From positions 41,356,001 through 41,420,000 of the forward strand of contig NW_024704742.1 in assembly GCF_018977255.1 (NCBI RefSeq): a stretch of DNA of 64,000 nt, read 5' to 3'. The DNA is from Callorhinchus milii. Lineage: Eukaryota. The notes beneath the pieces were generated by a model. That model was given only the letters and a program-made list of their open reading frames with translations, was not told where the DNA came from and made no database searches. Made by a program: the position numbers and the translations under genes. Below are positions 1 through 14,100 of the stretch, one piece after another (positions within the stretch are counted from its first letter, which is position 1; the number at the start of each line of letters is the position of its first letter).

Positions 1-929
1 TGTGAAGAACTAATAAGAACTAGTAACATTAAGTCATTGTAAGTGTATGTCAGCTCACTTATCCCCCCACTGTCCTGTGCTGAAACTTCCTGTCTATTAA
101 TAATGTTCAGTGAACCATGTCCCAGTTCTATTAGAGCATCCTCACTGCCTAGATAGGTAGTTGCCTGATATTCCCTGCCAGTCTATCATTATTAAGGATG
201 TTGCTCCAGATCTTCCTTCTGCCCTTTAAGGCAGTGTGACTCTACAACCATTGCCAGTATATTGTAACCATATTCTCTCGAATCTTCCTGTTGTGCTGTA
301 TTTCTGTATCAGCTACTAAGAATTTACTATGCTCAGTGGGCACATTGAATTGTGTAGAGTTAACCCTCGCATGAGTATGTATCAAATGTTTACATTTGCT
401 TGTCTGATTGGATGGATTCAGGATTACTGTACAAACACTTATTTATTTACTGTCGTGAATTCAATAATTCCTCCTTCAATCAAAATGGACTGGCAATTTG
501 GATTTGATCCTTATTCGCAGTCAAAGTACATACAAGACTTGATACAAATGGACTGAAGTCTCGGATGTTATCCAACATAATGTCAACTATTGCTGACAAA
601 TTATTGACCTTGTAATTTTAGTAGCTACTACAGAAATACAGCAAACAGGAAAACTCAGGAGACTAGTATTAGGCGCAAATTGGTGAAATGTCTGACAAGC
701 TTCCAACTACTTGACCAAGGCTGGCTGGTCTGTCATCATCAGTGCCTTAGTGCATCTGGGCATGAACTGGAGCACAGAGACTGCCACAGAAGATGGGCTC
801 AATTTTGACATTTTGTTGCCAAGCACTCACATTGAGCCAGTTCAGCTCCAAGAAGATTCTGCTTACATCCTCCAATGAGGATAATCACTGACAGAAACAA
901 CAACTTGTAATTATTTATTTACAGAGAGA

Positions 930-1325
930 AGGGATTTGCATTCATATAGCACCTGATCAAGCCAAAACATTTTAAAGCACTTCACAAGTAATTACGTTCA
1001 AGTGCAATACGTTTTTTTGTAGACAAATGCGGCAGGAATTTTGGGCACAGCATTTAAAGCCAATCTGGAATATTGTTAGGCAGGAGATCAGAAAAAAAAT
1101 TCTTCTCTTTTTGAATAGTATCATAGGACATTAATGTCCAATTGAACAGCTAGACGGGACCTTGGTTGAACATTCCTTCCAATGTATAGCACTTCTGGTT
1201 CTGCAGTACACACCTCCCTCAATATTGGACAGAAGTGTCAAGCGAGATTGTGAGCTCATATCCAAATGAAGACACAGAACTCACAACCATCTGAAACAAA
1301 GAGCAGAATGCTAGCAACTGGTCCA
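930..1325 (-). mobile_element. Older SacSINE1/DeuSINE-like element
   Basis: Degenerate tRNA-like head, GATCCCATGGCACTATT-type core, L2-like tail. Confidence 0.65.
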
Positions 1326-2719
1326 CGATAACACCGGTGTGTATTTCTCAAATGTAAGCGTGCCATTTACACACAATATACATTTATACCAAGTTTTAGT
1401 AAAGTGATTTTGGAGACAGCGTCTGAAGCTTGTAATATTATTTGAGACTTTTTAAAAAAAAAACAAGAATAAGATAACTTTAGATCTGCCGTGTTCGAAT
1501 GCTGATACCTTGTGTTTTCCTCAGTGAGGTATGAATTACACAACTAAATTAAGGCAATAAAATTAGCGATTCAAGATCAAATTTTGCTGGAAATAACTCA
1601 TTAATTGGATCGAAAGTGATGGTGAGGAAGTGCAGTATTTGACATGAGAAGAATGTAAATCATGATATTTGACAGCAGTAATAATCTTTCAGGCCATGTT
1701 TACTGAAATCATATATGTTATTGAGATGCAAGCTGAAACAAAGGATTTGATTTTTGGGTTAGTAATTATTAATAATAATAACAATAATAATAATCCTTAC
1801 ATTTGGTATAGCACCTTTTATAATGGGAGTATGTCCCAAAACCCTTCACAGAATATTCTGTAAGATGCAATGACTGTGTTTTGTGGGTGAAATTGTCCCT
1901 TAGGAGCATAAAGTGGGTGATCACCCACAAATTACACAGTCACTACACTTTACAGTAAACCTGTGAAGCGCTTTGAGATGTCCTTCCCGTAAAAAGGCGT
2001 GATATCAAATGCAAGGATAATAATAATAAATACTAATTAGGACCTGCTACACAAGTAGCAATTGAAGTGAAATCACAAACAAACTGTCAGATGTTCACAA
2101 TGTGAATTAATGATGGCAGAGTGAATGATGCAATTGTGCACATTTGATCCTTCACTTCCCACGAGGAGAGCAAGCTTAAGCTTCTGCGTTATCCTTTCCA
2201 GTGGTCTATGTCTCCATAGAGACCAGAATGCTGTATTTCCACAGGAACATTATTCACAAAACTTAAGAAAAAGCTTTAGCCTTAATTTAATTTAATCCTT
2301 GGAAGACCGCAACTGCATTTTCGCAGTTAAAACATTGCAGTTGTTTTTTTTAAAAAGTGAATACTTTATAACCTAGAAAGTTTATCTTATTAATAAGCTA
2401 CAAATAGAAGCCTGTCCACTGATCTGATACAATACTTTATCATTCATCAACTGAATCTTTCACGTCGGTGTCAGTGGTGCTATCTCCAGTACACATAATA
2501 CAAACACAATGGGGAAACATTGTATTTGTATTATATTTTAATAACAATAATTCTTGCATTTGATATAGTGCCTTATCACGTCTTCGAGACGTCTCAAAGC
2601 GCTTCACAGAATGTGAATTGACTATTTTGTGGGAGAAATGTGGCAGCCAATTACACACAGCAGTGTCCCATTATTATTTTAATAATATCCAAAACAAGCA
2701 GTGGGAAAACTTGCCAGAC

Positions 2720-2980
2720 AGCAAGATGATGGCAAGTTTTAGCTGGTGAGACTCCAGCAGTACCCCAACGCACCCTCTGGGGTCCCCAAGCCTTGGCTCT
2801 TGCCAACCAGCGCCTAATACTTTCCAGAATTAGGTAAACAGGATGTATCGCTCCAGGGAGAGAGTGCGCATTCCATTCCAACAAGCTATCTCTGGGATTT
2901 CCACGTGTAGGTGGGATGCATGGAAATCTCAGCTTGGTTTGGATACTATTAAGCATGATCATGAGTTTCGGCATCTGTCA
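2720..2980 (+). repeat. Copy of the same unidentified repeat
   Basis: Aligns by eye to 53920-54150. Confidence 0.8.
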
Positions 2981-5837
2981 AGGATCAAATAATCATAGAT
3001 TGTTACAGCACAGAAATAGGTCATCTGGCCTTTCAAATCAGCACTGGTGTTTATCTCCGCACCTAATCTGATTCCGCTCTTAGGTTCACTCCTTCAGAGT
3101 CATGTTTACATTTGGTAAATTCTGCGAGAATCAACTATGGAGATATGAAAAAAGGATTTAATTGTTACCTCGGACACAATGAGCTGACTTTTTTTTATTT
3201 TGGGGTAGTTAGCGGTGTTTAATAATGTATTCCTTTGGTTAATTAGCACAAGCAACACTACAAACTTTAGCCTAATCTATTGGTCCAGAAGCCATGAATT
3301 TGATTTGTTCTAGTCAAATGGCTCACATCCAAATGTGAAGAGGATAAACTTAAATAATTGAAAATAACTTACTGGTGGTGACTTCAAATGCAGTGGTTCA
3401 GAAAAATGTTTGAATATTTTTAATATTTAATATTTTTTCCCAACTCGACTCGCTGCCCAGATTAGAGCATCTGCCAGATGCTCTAATGTTTTTCTTATTT
3501 TCAAAGTAGTGCTTTAGATATCTTGGGGAATTACATAATTTTTCTGAAGTATCTTAACATGGAGAAAAAAGCACACCCTGAAAGAGAAATACATTCACAA
3601 CTTTCTGAAAAATTAAGCATATGTTAACTTCACACGAAATAGAAAATATGATTCCGCAATGTAAAGATTGCTCAATTTGTCTCAGTTCAATTTCATTTTG
3701 GAAACAAATGCTCTTTATTCATTTGATGTTCACCAACATCACAGAGGGACCCTGAAGGTGCAGTGTATAATTTGAACAATGTAACTCTTGCCAACATAGT
3801 TTATACAAATGAGGTCGCAGCTGTTCCTTTGTGAATGATCTCAATCTCCTTGACTACCCAGCCCCAGATGAGACATATGCTTAAGTTTACAAAAGTCTGC
3901 CCTCTGCCTAGAGAAACTTACTGATACACAGAAGCGAACAGTAACAACAACAACTTGCATTTATATAGTGCCCTTCAAGTGGAGCAATGTCTCAGAGCAT
4001 TGAACAATGACACAGTCTGACAATGAGCTGGGGACCAAAGGCGCAAAGAAAAGAGTGATCGAAGCCTAGAATCCTAAAAATATTTGCCCTACTGGATTTA
4101 TTTTTCTTCCACTTATTGATGGTACATATTAGCACCACACAAATGGAATTTAATGCGTGGTATTTCTTACACGGATTTCTTAATAAGGAGTCTGAGTTAC
4201 ACAAACAGAGATTCCTTCCAGTAACCTAATGTTTGTCATGTCAATCCACAGAAACCCTGATCCAGCACAATCTACAATCCTTCCAGAGCAGAGTCAACAG
4301 GAATCTGAATAAAACTCCTTACCAGAGACCCCACTATCTGGTTATATCCAACTCTCACAGGACGTACTGTAAGGCATCATTCAAAAGAAGTTTGTACAAA
4401 ATTAGTAAAGTATAGATGAAAGATTTGACAGAAAGCATTCCCTCAAAATGCTACTTGTGGATTATTTGTGCAACAGCACAAAATTGTACTTTATACTAAA
4501 TAAATTTTTTTCTACACTTTGAAAGCACAGGGGAAAGTATTTTTTTAAAGTATTTCTCCCGCCTCCCATGTTTCTTATTTTTTTGAGTGCCTCGACAAGG
4601 ACGAATACAAAGAGGAACGGCTTCATGTGTCTCATGTGCCGATGCTCCTCTAAAAACTGCTATTTTATCCAGGACTCGTTCTGCGATTGCAGTTATCAGT
4701 GATTACTTGTAAAAAAAAACGACAAAAATAGTCACAAAGAAACTCCTACAATATGGTCCTCAGCGATGTCACCAGGAGACTGGAGAAAAATTATCCATTA
4801 TGATTTGTTAACAAGTTTTTAATGAACATAATTGGATGATGTGGCACCTGGACAGAAATGTTTGGAAAGGCTGATTTTCAGGCAGTGGAGAGTGGAGAGG
4901 AATGTTATGTGTGCTTTCAGCAATGTTACAAGAGTCTTCACTGACAGTTCTATCCAAACATCAGATTCTTTCAAAAAAAAATTGATTTTAGACTTCAAAC
5001 CCGGTCTCTAATCTACTGGATCATTCCTACTTCTGGTAACTGGACACAGTTACAGCTGGTAACTTCATTACCAGTAACCGCTGGTAACTTAATTTTTTCA
5101 ACTAATGGTTACTAACAATAAAGGCCAGTGACTGCTTGACATCTCTGTCTCAGTCGAAGGGAGTCACTCTCAGAGTTTGAGAGATTGAAATAAACAATTG
5201 GCAGTAATTAGGAGCTATCATACAAATCTCCTCATTGCTTGTCATTACTAACGGCAGGGATAAGAACAGCTGATCGTCTCTCTGCCACAATAACTGGAAT
5301 GATTTCCCTAGATCTTGCTCACGATACATGAAGATACACAAATACATACAGTATGCACACGCTAATGTGACTGAAAATGTTGGTACTTGATTGTATGAAT
5401 AAATTGGATGACTATCTGACAGGTAGAGTAGGCAAGGTCCATCAGGCAGATGTTTCACTTACTGAAGCAGATCGTGTACCACCATCAGCAAAACATTACA
5501 ATTTCAAATGGCAACAGTAAATGAGTCTTACGGGAAAATAATACTCTGGCTAACCAGGATTTTGATTGTCTTCTACATATGTTGCTGATACACACGCAGG
5601 AGCAGATTAAGAAAAATCAGTTACTAAGCGACAATGGCACGCATAACATTGAACAATGTCGCAATGATTCAGTGCTTAACAAATCACTACAGTACTGCAT
5701 TAGAACAACTCTCCAAAGAATGGTAGCCCATCACAAGCAAATATATCCCTAATGGCTTTATAGTTATTGCTGGCAGGTGGACCAAATTGCTTTGTACCAT
5801 TGGAATCCAACTGTTCAATTTAGATTACCTAGCATAT

Positions 5838-8370
5838 ACTACATAACATGTAGGCCATTCGGCCCTTCGAGCCTGCCCCGCCATTCAATCATGACTGATC
5901 TTCTAATCTAACTCCAGCTAATAACCTGACCCTGCCTTATCCCCATATCCCTTAATGCCTTTTGCAATAAGAAATCTATCTATCTCAGTCTTGAATATGT
6001 TCAAGGACTGAGAGTCAACAGCCCTTTGGGGTAGTGAGTTCCATACATTCACCACCCTTTGAGTGAAGAAGTTCTTCCTCAACTCAGTGCGAAAGGGCTG
6101 GCCTCTGATTTTAAGGTTGTGTTAGAAAATAAAATCAGCCAAATCTGCAAGGAAATAACGCTAATTCCTCTAACCAGATATCAGACTGTTTTATTATAAT
6201 TTGTTCGTTATTCCCCAATATCCCGATGGGTCAGACCAAAGGCCGATACAATCAACAGATCTTATAACAGAATAACACCACTATAGATATCTCGAGTTCA
6301 AGAGTTCAACACTGTGTCTTTCCAGCACACAAGCTTGATTCTTCATGCTTTCAGTCTTCTTGCTTACAGCTTTCAATCTTGCATCTGATATCCTCAGTCT
6401 TAGTGTTTCCAGCTCTCAGTCTTCCATCTCTGTATCCTTGTCTTCACGACCCGGGACGGCTCCATCTCCCGTATCCTTGTCTCCGCGACCCGGGACGGCC
6501 CCGTACACAAAGTTATCGGAACTCTTATACCAATGTTCATCCAATCATGGTGCGGATATTAGATCACCCGGTCGAAATCATGCTGGGTTCACGTGAACAC
6601 CTCATGGGGTGTACGTGCCTCACACACACAAACACACTGTCCTTGAGACAGTCCGTTATCTTGTGTACGTGCAGGGAGTTTCAGTCCAGCTGCCCACAAC
6701 ACACTTAACTTAAAAGTTAACCCGTTCGCAACATCTATTATGATTCTAACATTATACAAAAAGTGTAAATTCTAACAGTTGTGACCCCTGGTTTTAGTTT
6801 CTCCAACCAGGGGAAACAATCTCCCACTATCTACTCTATCATGCCCTTTGATGATCTTATAGGTTTCTATAAGATCCCCTCTAATTCTTCTATATTCTAG
6901 AGAATATAGGCCCAAATTGGTGAGCGTATCCTCGTAACTCAACCTCTTCATCCCTGGTACTAACCTAGTAAATCTACGCTGCACCCCCTCCAAGGCAAGT
7001 ACATCCTTCCTTAAATGAGGAGACCAAAACTGGACACAGTATTCCAGGTGTGGTCTCACCAGGGCCCTATACAGTTGCAGCAAGACTTCCCTACTCTTAT
7101 ACTCTAATCCTTTCATAATGAATGCTAACATAACGTTCGCCTTCCTAATTGCTGCTGCACCTGCAGACTAACTTTCTGTGATTGGTGTACAAGGACTCCC
7201 AAGTCCCTCTGGACGCGAACACATTCCAATCTCTCCCCTTCTAAAAAATAACCCGCTCTACTGTTTTTGCTACCTAGGTGGATGACTTCGCACTTCCCTA
7301 CATTATACTTCATCTGCCACCTACCTGCCCAATCACCTAACCTATCTATGTCTCATTGCATTTTTTTAATGTCGTCCTCTGTGTTGACACTTCCTCCTAG
7401 TTTTGTGTCATCCGCAAATTTAGATATATTAACTTCGATGTCCTCATCTAGATCGTTGATGTAGATGGTAAATAGCTGAGGCCCAAGGACTGATCCTTGT
7501 GGCACTCCACTAGTCACATCCCGCCAATCTGAAAAGGACCCGTTTATCCCTACTCTTTGTTTCCTACCCGTTAACCATTCCCCAATCCACGTTAATATGC
7601 TCCCCCAATTCCATGGGCCCTTATCTTTTGGACTAACCTTTTATGTGGCAACTTATCGAATGCCTTCTGGAAGTCCAAATAGACCACATCCACTGATTCA
7701 CCCTTATCTAGTTTACTGGAAATATCCTAAAAAAACTCTATGAGATTTGTCAAACATGACTTCCCTTTTGTAAAGCCATGTTGACTTGGCCTAATTATAT
7801 TGTGCTTCCCTAAATACTGCACTACCACATCCTTAATTAATGATTCTAAAATGTTTCCTATCACTGATGTGAGACTAACTGGCTTATAGTTCCCCATCTT
7901 TTCCTTTCCACCTTTTTTAAATAGTGGTGTGACATTTGCGATCTTCCAATCCATGGGGACTGTTCCAGAATCCAAGGAATTTTGGAAGATCAGACACAAG
8001 GCCTCCACTATCTCATAAGCTACCTCTTTTAAAACCCTGGGATGCAAGCCATCTGGACCAGGGGATTTGTCACTTTTTAGTGCTAACAGTTTCCCAATCA
8101 CCAATTCTCTACTAATGAAAATTTCCCTAAGTTATCCCTTTCCTTATCCCTTTGGTGCATTTCTATTGTTGGTAGACTTGTTGTGTCTTCTAGGGTGCAG
8201 ACAGATGCAAAGTACCCATTTAGGGACTCTGCCATGTCCTTGTCCCCCATTACAACTTCTCCCGTCTCTGACTGAAGTGGACCTACATTTACCGTCACTA
8301 GCCTATTCCTCTTGATATATTTGTAAACACTTTTACAATCAGACTTAATGTTCCTAGCTAGCTTACTACA
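5838..8370 (-). mobile_element. 5'-truncated, frameshifted CR1-clade LINE, split by a solo LTR
   Basis: ORF pieces KSPGPDGLHPRVLKE, YKPVSLTS, QHGFTKGKSCLTNL, RPHLEYCVQFWSP, RGDLIETYKII. CR1-type 3' UTR ending in a TTATG-type tail near 5840. Confidence 0.95.
6120..6777 (-). mobile_element. Solo LTR (658 bp) with 4-bp target-site duplication
   Basis: Ends TGTTAGAA...TTCTAACA (TG...CA, 8-bp inverted termini). GTTG is duplicated at 6116-6119 and 6778-6781, and removing the element restores the CR1 frame RGHNLK. Minus-strand TATAA ~6524-6528 and AATAAA ~6190-6195. Confidence 0.9.
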
Positions 8371-9359
8371 TTGAAAACACTAAATGCTCAGTGATAGTCA
8401 TTGAGTGACCCCGACATCCTTAAAAACTAGTTATGTAGTGACTTACCTTATTTTGTCTCATGCTCTCTGGTAGTGAATTATTTATACAACATGGGTTCTT
8501 TATTTGCAATGTTCTTTCGAATTTTCTTCTTCAAATAACAGCATAGAGAAGGGAGGGGGCTGAAGAATGGGAACTTCTCATGGAATGTGTTGTAGAAACT
8601 GTTATGAAACATCACATCTTCCATCTATTCCTAAAGACTAGGCATTGATGTAACCTTGCACAATCTTATTGGGAGCAGGGATTCTTCCCACTCAGCTTCT
8701 GTTGACCCTGCAAGCTAAATCCCTAATACACACAAGCAGGAGCAGATTATCCCTATCCCTAATAGATAGGGTGATCCTAGCTGGACTAACAGAAGGAAGT
8801 TGTCAAAACAATATTTTTTTAGCTGGTTTAGCTGTGTCTGGATTGGAATGATCACTTGCTCCCTGGAGGAATGCCCTGAAGAATTTGGAACTGGCACAAT
8901 CATTGTGCAAAGTGGAGGGAGTTGAGGGTCTCACACCAGCAGACCGTGCTTAAAAATCAGTGGAAAAATGCAATGCTTCATAACAAACTCAGTACATTCC
9001 TGAACATGCTGAGTGGGTTATTGCATTTTTCACCCTGGGATGTTCCTAAATTACTGAAATTACACATTGCATTAAAGAATATAAGAACATAATGATTTGC
9101 GAAATCCATCTAGTTCGTCTTCCACCATCTTGGCAGTCGTTTGACATATCGTGTCCAACTATATACTGTATCCTGAGATATTATCTTCTAGCAGAAATCT
9201 ATCTAATTTGTTCTTGAAACACACAACATTTTCTGCTTCCACTGCCTCCTTAAGGAACCTGTCGCATAAATCCTGGGAGATGTATCCTATTTGATTAGGA
9301 ATTGCTGTAGAACTGATAGCATTACAACAGGACTTAGGTTTCAGGAAAATTAATTCCAG

Positions 9360-9622
9360 TGTTGAAAGCAAAAAATAACCTGAAGAAGTTGCATCCTGCA
9401 TACCTAGTAATGGAAAAGGTGCAAGTTGGCAAGAACCAAGACTTGAAGACTCCAGAGGGTACTGCTATTTAACCAACTAAAATCACATAGCTTGCCATTG
9501 AGGGAACTGGCTGGCAAGTTTCCTGTTCCTTGTCCAGTTAGAACAATTGTATCCCTTTGGGGATTTGGGTTGCAGGTTTAGCAGGAGCTGAGTCAGCAGA
9601 CTCTCTGTCCCCAGCGACTGTT
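9360..9622 (-). repeat. Diverged internal fragment of the same unidentified repeat
   Basis: TTGGCAAGAACCAAG..., TTGCAGG..GAGCTGAGT..TGTCCCCAG.GACTG match the reverse complement of ~53845-54000. Confidence 0.6.
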
Positions 9623-10149
9623 AACAGCCCTGGAGTAATGGCTCCTCAAATAAGCATGTTTCCAGACAAATGAAGCAAATGAGTAAAGCATCACTTCTTA
9701 AATCTGTAAAGTGCTCTTTGATCTCAGATATGGCACTTAATTAAACAATCATTACCTTCACAAAGCTTTGACTTGTATACTACCTATGGACTCTTAGGCA
9801 GTGATGTATTTGTTTTGATGATCTCTACTTTTCCTATGTGGCAGATCATTTAAGGGCTGAATTCCATGTGCACATATGCATGTATCTATGTATTTTATGT
9901 ATTGTTAAAATAATAGGTTTCATAAGATATACAACATGTTGCTTCCTTAGCAAACATTTGGAGTTTCAAAACAAGGCAGTAGCTGTAATAATTATGTTAA
10001 ATATTCCTTAAGATCCTTGTTCTAGCATTACAGCACAATAAGAAAATAAGACATCAAAATACGGTACTGTAAATCAGTTACAAATATCTGTTCCACAGTC
10101 GCTTCAGAATACAGGCAAGAGTTGGTCACTACGATAATCAGTTTCTGTT

Positions 10150-10400
10150 TCCTCTGAGCTTGGGAGGGGTAAAATCAGACAAGGTTCTTATTCTCGACTG
10201 GTATTCATGCCCCCTGCTGGAAAGGATGCTGGATGAGGACAGGATTGAGTTTGCCTGTTTTACGTCCACTGTCAAATAGTCAACCAATATTCGCTCCACT
10301 CACTAATGAAGAACAATCCCTTGGGTGAAAAACAAGAGAGTAGTTAGCATCTACGGAACAATGTTCACAATGAGTCGGTGCACTCAGGAGCAGAATAAAA
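10150..10400 (+). repeat. Ancient SINE-like dispersed repeat; second copy ~33230-33380
   Basis: Both loci share diverged blocks (CAAATAG.C..C, TTGGG.TGA, C..C.GTGG/ACGG.A). Family not identified. Confidence 0.45.
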
Positions 10401-12242
10401 TTCCAAAGGACAAAATGTATTATAATACATATCAACATTTTTTTTCCATTAAGCATCTGAGTTGATTAATTTTTTGAGGAGGGATATTTGTGTACACTAA
10501 CATGTTTCAACAGGCCTAAATGAATTGCCTCCAGAGACTTCGGGACTTCAGGGAAAAAAAATGCTGTTTGACCATTGTGATAGGCTAATAGAGATGGCAG
10601 AATGTCAGTCTCACATAAATTGTGCCTTCTCCGCCCCCCTCCCTTCCCTGGGCACTATTACACTCAGCTTTCAACTGCAGCTGGTGCAGCAATGTTCAGA
10701 GTCATTTCTTAAGTCACTGCTGTTTTGCTTGAAAGGATAACTCCACTATTCAACGTCCTAACATTCACATAAAAGCAATGCTGCACCACAAGGCATCTGA
10801 TGCCATTTACTGACTTCTATCAAATCTTGAGTTCAATTGACTGTACTCACGTATCAATTGATGTCCTCTACTGAAAATGCACATAGCTCTGAAGTACAAT
10901 TCACATTGCTGAAAGATACACTGATACTCAAAACATCTACTGGAGCACAGTGTATGTAGAAGGCATCGCACAAACAAAGTACATTGCACTCCACACCAAT
11001 TAGATTAGCCACCAAAGATACAACAGACATCTTAATTACAGGATGTAGCCCAGTGGCAACAGCTTCAGGAGCAATAGGGGAAATGAAGGCTCAAAGAGGA
11101 ACCACAAAAATCGCACAGGAGGATGCAGGAAGTTAATAATGCCTTGAGGAGGGAAGCAGTGATGTGGGCACATGGTTGGCTGTGAGAGAACGTGATAGAA
11201 TTCATTGCAGGCTGCTCTGATTTGAATTGTTCTTTTGCTCTAGTTAATATCAGAAAGTTGTACACATTTGTTGGAATTTTCTTGGCAACTCTTACAAGGC
11301 AAAGTGCTTCTTTATCAGTCCAGTGAGATGATGATGGCTAAAGGCACAGCAAAACAGCTTGTGAGGCACTGTGACTGATGTCCACAGTCACCACCAGAAT
11401 TATTAATGGCAAACATTACAAATTACAAATTAAGTGATAATACCATGTCAGACATGCTAAAGTAAATGAATTCTGAACTGAAGTTTATCATTTTACTCCA
11501 AGGCTTTGAAGGTCCAATGTCAGATAGATTGGGTATAACCGGCAATCTGGATAACATAAAATTATGTTAGTTTTGATTTATTCAGGATCACTTTCATCTC
11601 TGTATATTCAGTGGCATTTTTCTCATATCCCTGTCTAACCTGAGCATATACAATGTCATCATATTCCATTCAGCTCATATACAATGTCAGACAGGTGATA
11701 AAAGAGTCAGATGTCAGTGTGCCTCTAAACCCTAAAGTGATAACAAGAAATGTGTGCAGGAAAACTGTTCCGTGGTTATGGATTCCTAAAATAATGTTTT
11801 TAGAGTTCTTTGCTTTTTCAATAATAGCTTAATGGGTAATGCATATTCAAAATCTAGTTTGATTTCTTTGTTGTGTCAGTGGCATAGGATTATCTGGTTT
11901 TCCGAGAAGTCTGGTAGGCCATAGGATTGGGTATTCTTATTGGAATAGCAAGATATGTGTACTCCTGTGTCTCCCTGGTAATGAATGTGCACTGTAACAT
12001 GAATCTCTCTGAGATTCTGCCCAGTGCACTCATTCTGCAAGTTATAAGGACAAAGTTGAATGTCTGAAACTGAAGAAAAGCATAGCCCAATACAGTATTA
12101 TTATTATTATAAACGACATTGCTGCATTAGAAATCAGGCCTCTGGTCTGGGATGCTTTCTGTGAAACATACATACTGGTTCTGTATAGTTCAACATATTA
12201 TCTCAAAAATCATCTCAGATAGTGAGCGAGCAAATAAAAGCC

Positions 12243-12535
12243 ATAATAATAATAATCCTTGCATTTGATATATCTTCTAGATGTCTCAAAGCGCTTCACA
12301 GAATATACTGTAAAGTGAATTGACTGTATATTTTGGGCGAAACGCGGCAGCCAATTGCGCACAGCAGTGTCCCACAAACAGTCGTAGATTGAAAATAACC
12401 AATTTATTATTGTTTTATTTTTTGGAGGGATTATTATTAGGTGCGGAGTAAGGAAACTTGCCCAAGGTTTCGCCCTGCCTGGAATTGAACCCAGGTATAG
12501 GCGAGTGCTCTAACCACTGAGCTACAGGACTCCAC
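12243..12535 (-). mobile_element. Young tRNA-Deu SINE
   Basis: Head, core and (ATT)n tail present. Confidence 0.9.
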
Positions 12536-12671
12536 AAAAGTATAATTTTGGGGTTTTTGCTCTCTATCAATCAGGCACTGCACAAGGATAGTCAGAACTG
12601 AAAAATTGCGCAACAATAACTTATTTTGTAAGAACTTAGACTCATTTGAAAAACTTCTATCCAAAGAATGC

Positions 12672-13128
12672 CCAGTCCTGTGGTTAGTGGTTAGAGCACT
12701 TGCTTTGCATGCAAGAGGACCTGGGCAGGACAAAATGTTGAGACAAATCTCCTTACTTGCCCAATAAGTTTAAGCGCTCTGAGACACTACCTTGCGTGGA
12801 GGGCACTAAATAAGTTCAAGTTGTTATTGTTGTTGTTTATTCCACATGCCAATGTTTACCTAGCAGTAAGCGGGAACCCGGTTGTTAATCGATTGGTGGT
12901 TCACTTTTCCAGGGATATTAAGCCCTTCAAATAAAATAAAAATAAAGAATAAAAATAATTTGTTCACTCAATCCACGACTGTTTTGTGGGACACTGCTGT
13001 GGCTGCGGCGTTTCGCCCGCGAAATACAGTCAATTAATTTTACTGTATATTCTGTGAAGAGCTTTGAGACGTCTCAAAGACGGGATAAGGCGCTATATCA
13101 AATGCAAGGTTTATTATTATTATTATTT
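12672..13128 (+). mobile_element. tRNA-Deu SINE interrupted by a short L2-type 3' end (~12770-12838)
   Basis: Head at ~12675, insert ending (GTT)n, then core and tail. Confidence 0.75.
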
Positions 13129-13759
13129 ACAATAAACCCTTTAAAACACTTTGAGATGTCCCACCGACATGAAAGATGCTATGTTCCCCACGACATAGAG
13201 TATATATCAAATACAAGTTTTATTATTCAAAAGAATATTTGTCAATTATAAATGTTATGTGGTAGTCTCCTGCCCAGTCCTCTGCTTCAGTGACCCCCGA
13301 AGCACTTGCACACGTCACTCTCCCCCAATTCTTAATTGCTCTGTCTATGGCTGGTCACCCTCCTGTTAGCTAGATGTGAGTTAGTAGCAGTTTTGCCTCT
13401 GAGTCAGAAGGTTGTAGATTCGAGTCTCACATCAAGTCCTTGAACTTACAATCTAGGCGGATACACCAATGCAGTCTTGGGGAGCACTGTATTGTCAGAG
13501 CTGGATATTAAAGATCCCATGCCACCTTTAAAAAAGAGTAGGGAGTTTCTCCTGGTGTTCCGGCCAACAATCCCCAAATTATATTGCTCATTCACTTCAT
13601 GGCTGTTTGTGGGACATTATTGTGCGCAAATAGGAATTGTGGAGACCTCAGTCTAGTTTGGATACTCTAAAAAAATGGCAATGGGTTTGAATGTGTGTCA
13701 GACACCCAGCTGAACAAAAATAAAGCCCATCTCCATTTTAAGCACAACAATTGTTTCTG

Positions 13760-14100
13760 CAACTATGACCTGGTAGAAAGTTTAATTCTACATTTTCAAA
13801 ATCCTTCACATGAAGAAATATTTTCTGATTTCACTCTTAGAGGTATGAATTCTAATTTTGTGATTATGTCCTCTTGTTTAAGGGTCCCTATATCAGAGAG
13901 AAGAATTGTGCTTATGTAATTTATTAATTCCCCTAATTGTTTTAAAAACCTTAATCAGATCACCCCTTGATCTCTCAGATTGTGAGAATATAACCCAAAC
14001 CTACGCAATTTCTATCATTGCTAAGCCCTTCATTCAAGGCACTAATCTAGTAAACCACTGCTGGACCTCCTAAAATGCTAGGATATCTTTCAAAGGTTTA
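13760..14100 (-). mobile_element. Old CR1 fragment
   Basis: Degenerate RGDLI-type C-terminal ORF2 region on the minus strand. Confidence 0.55.
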
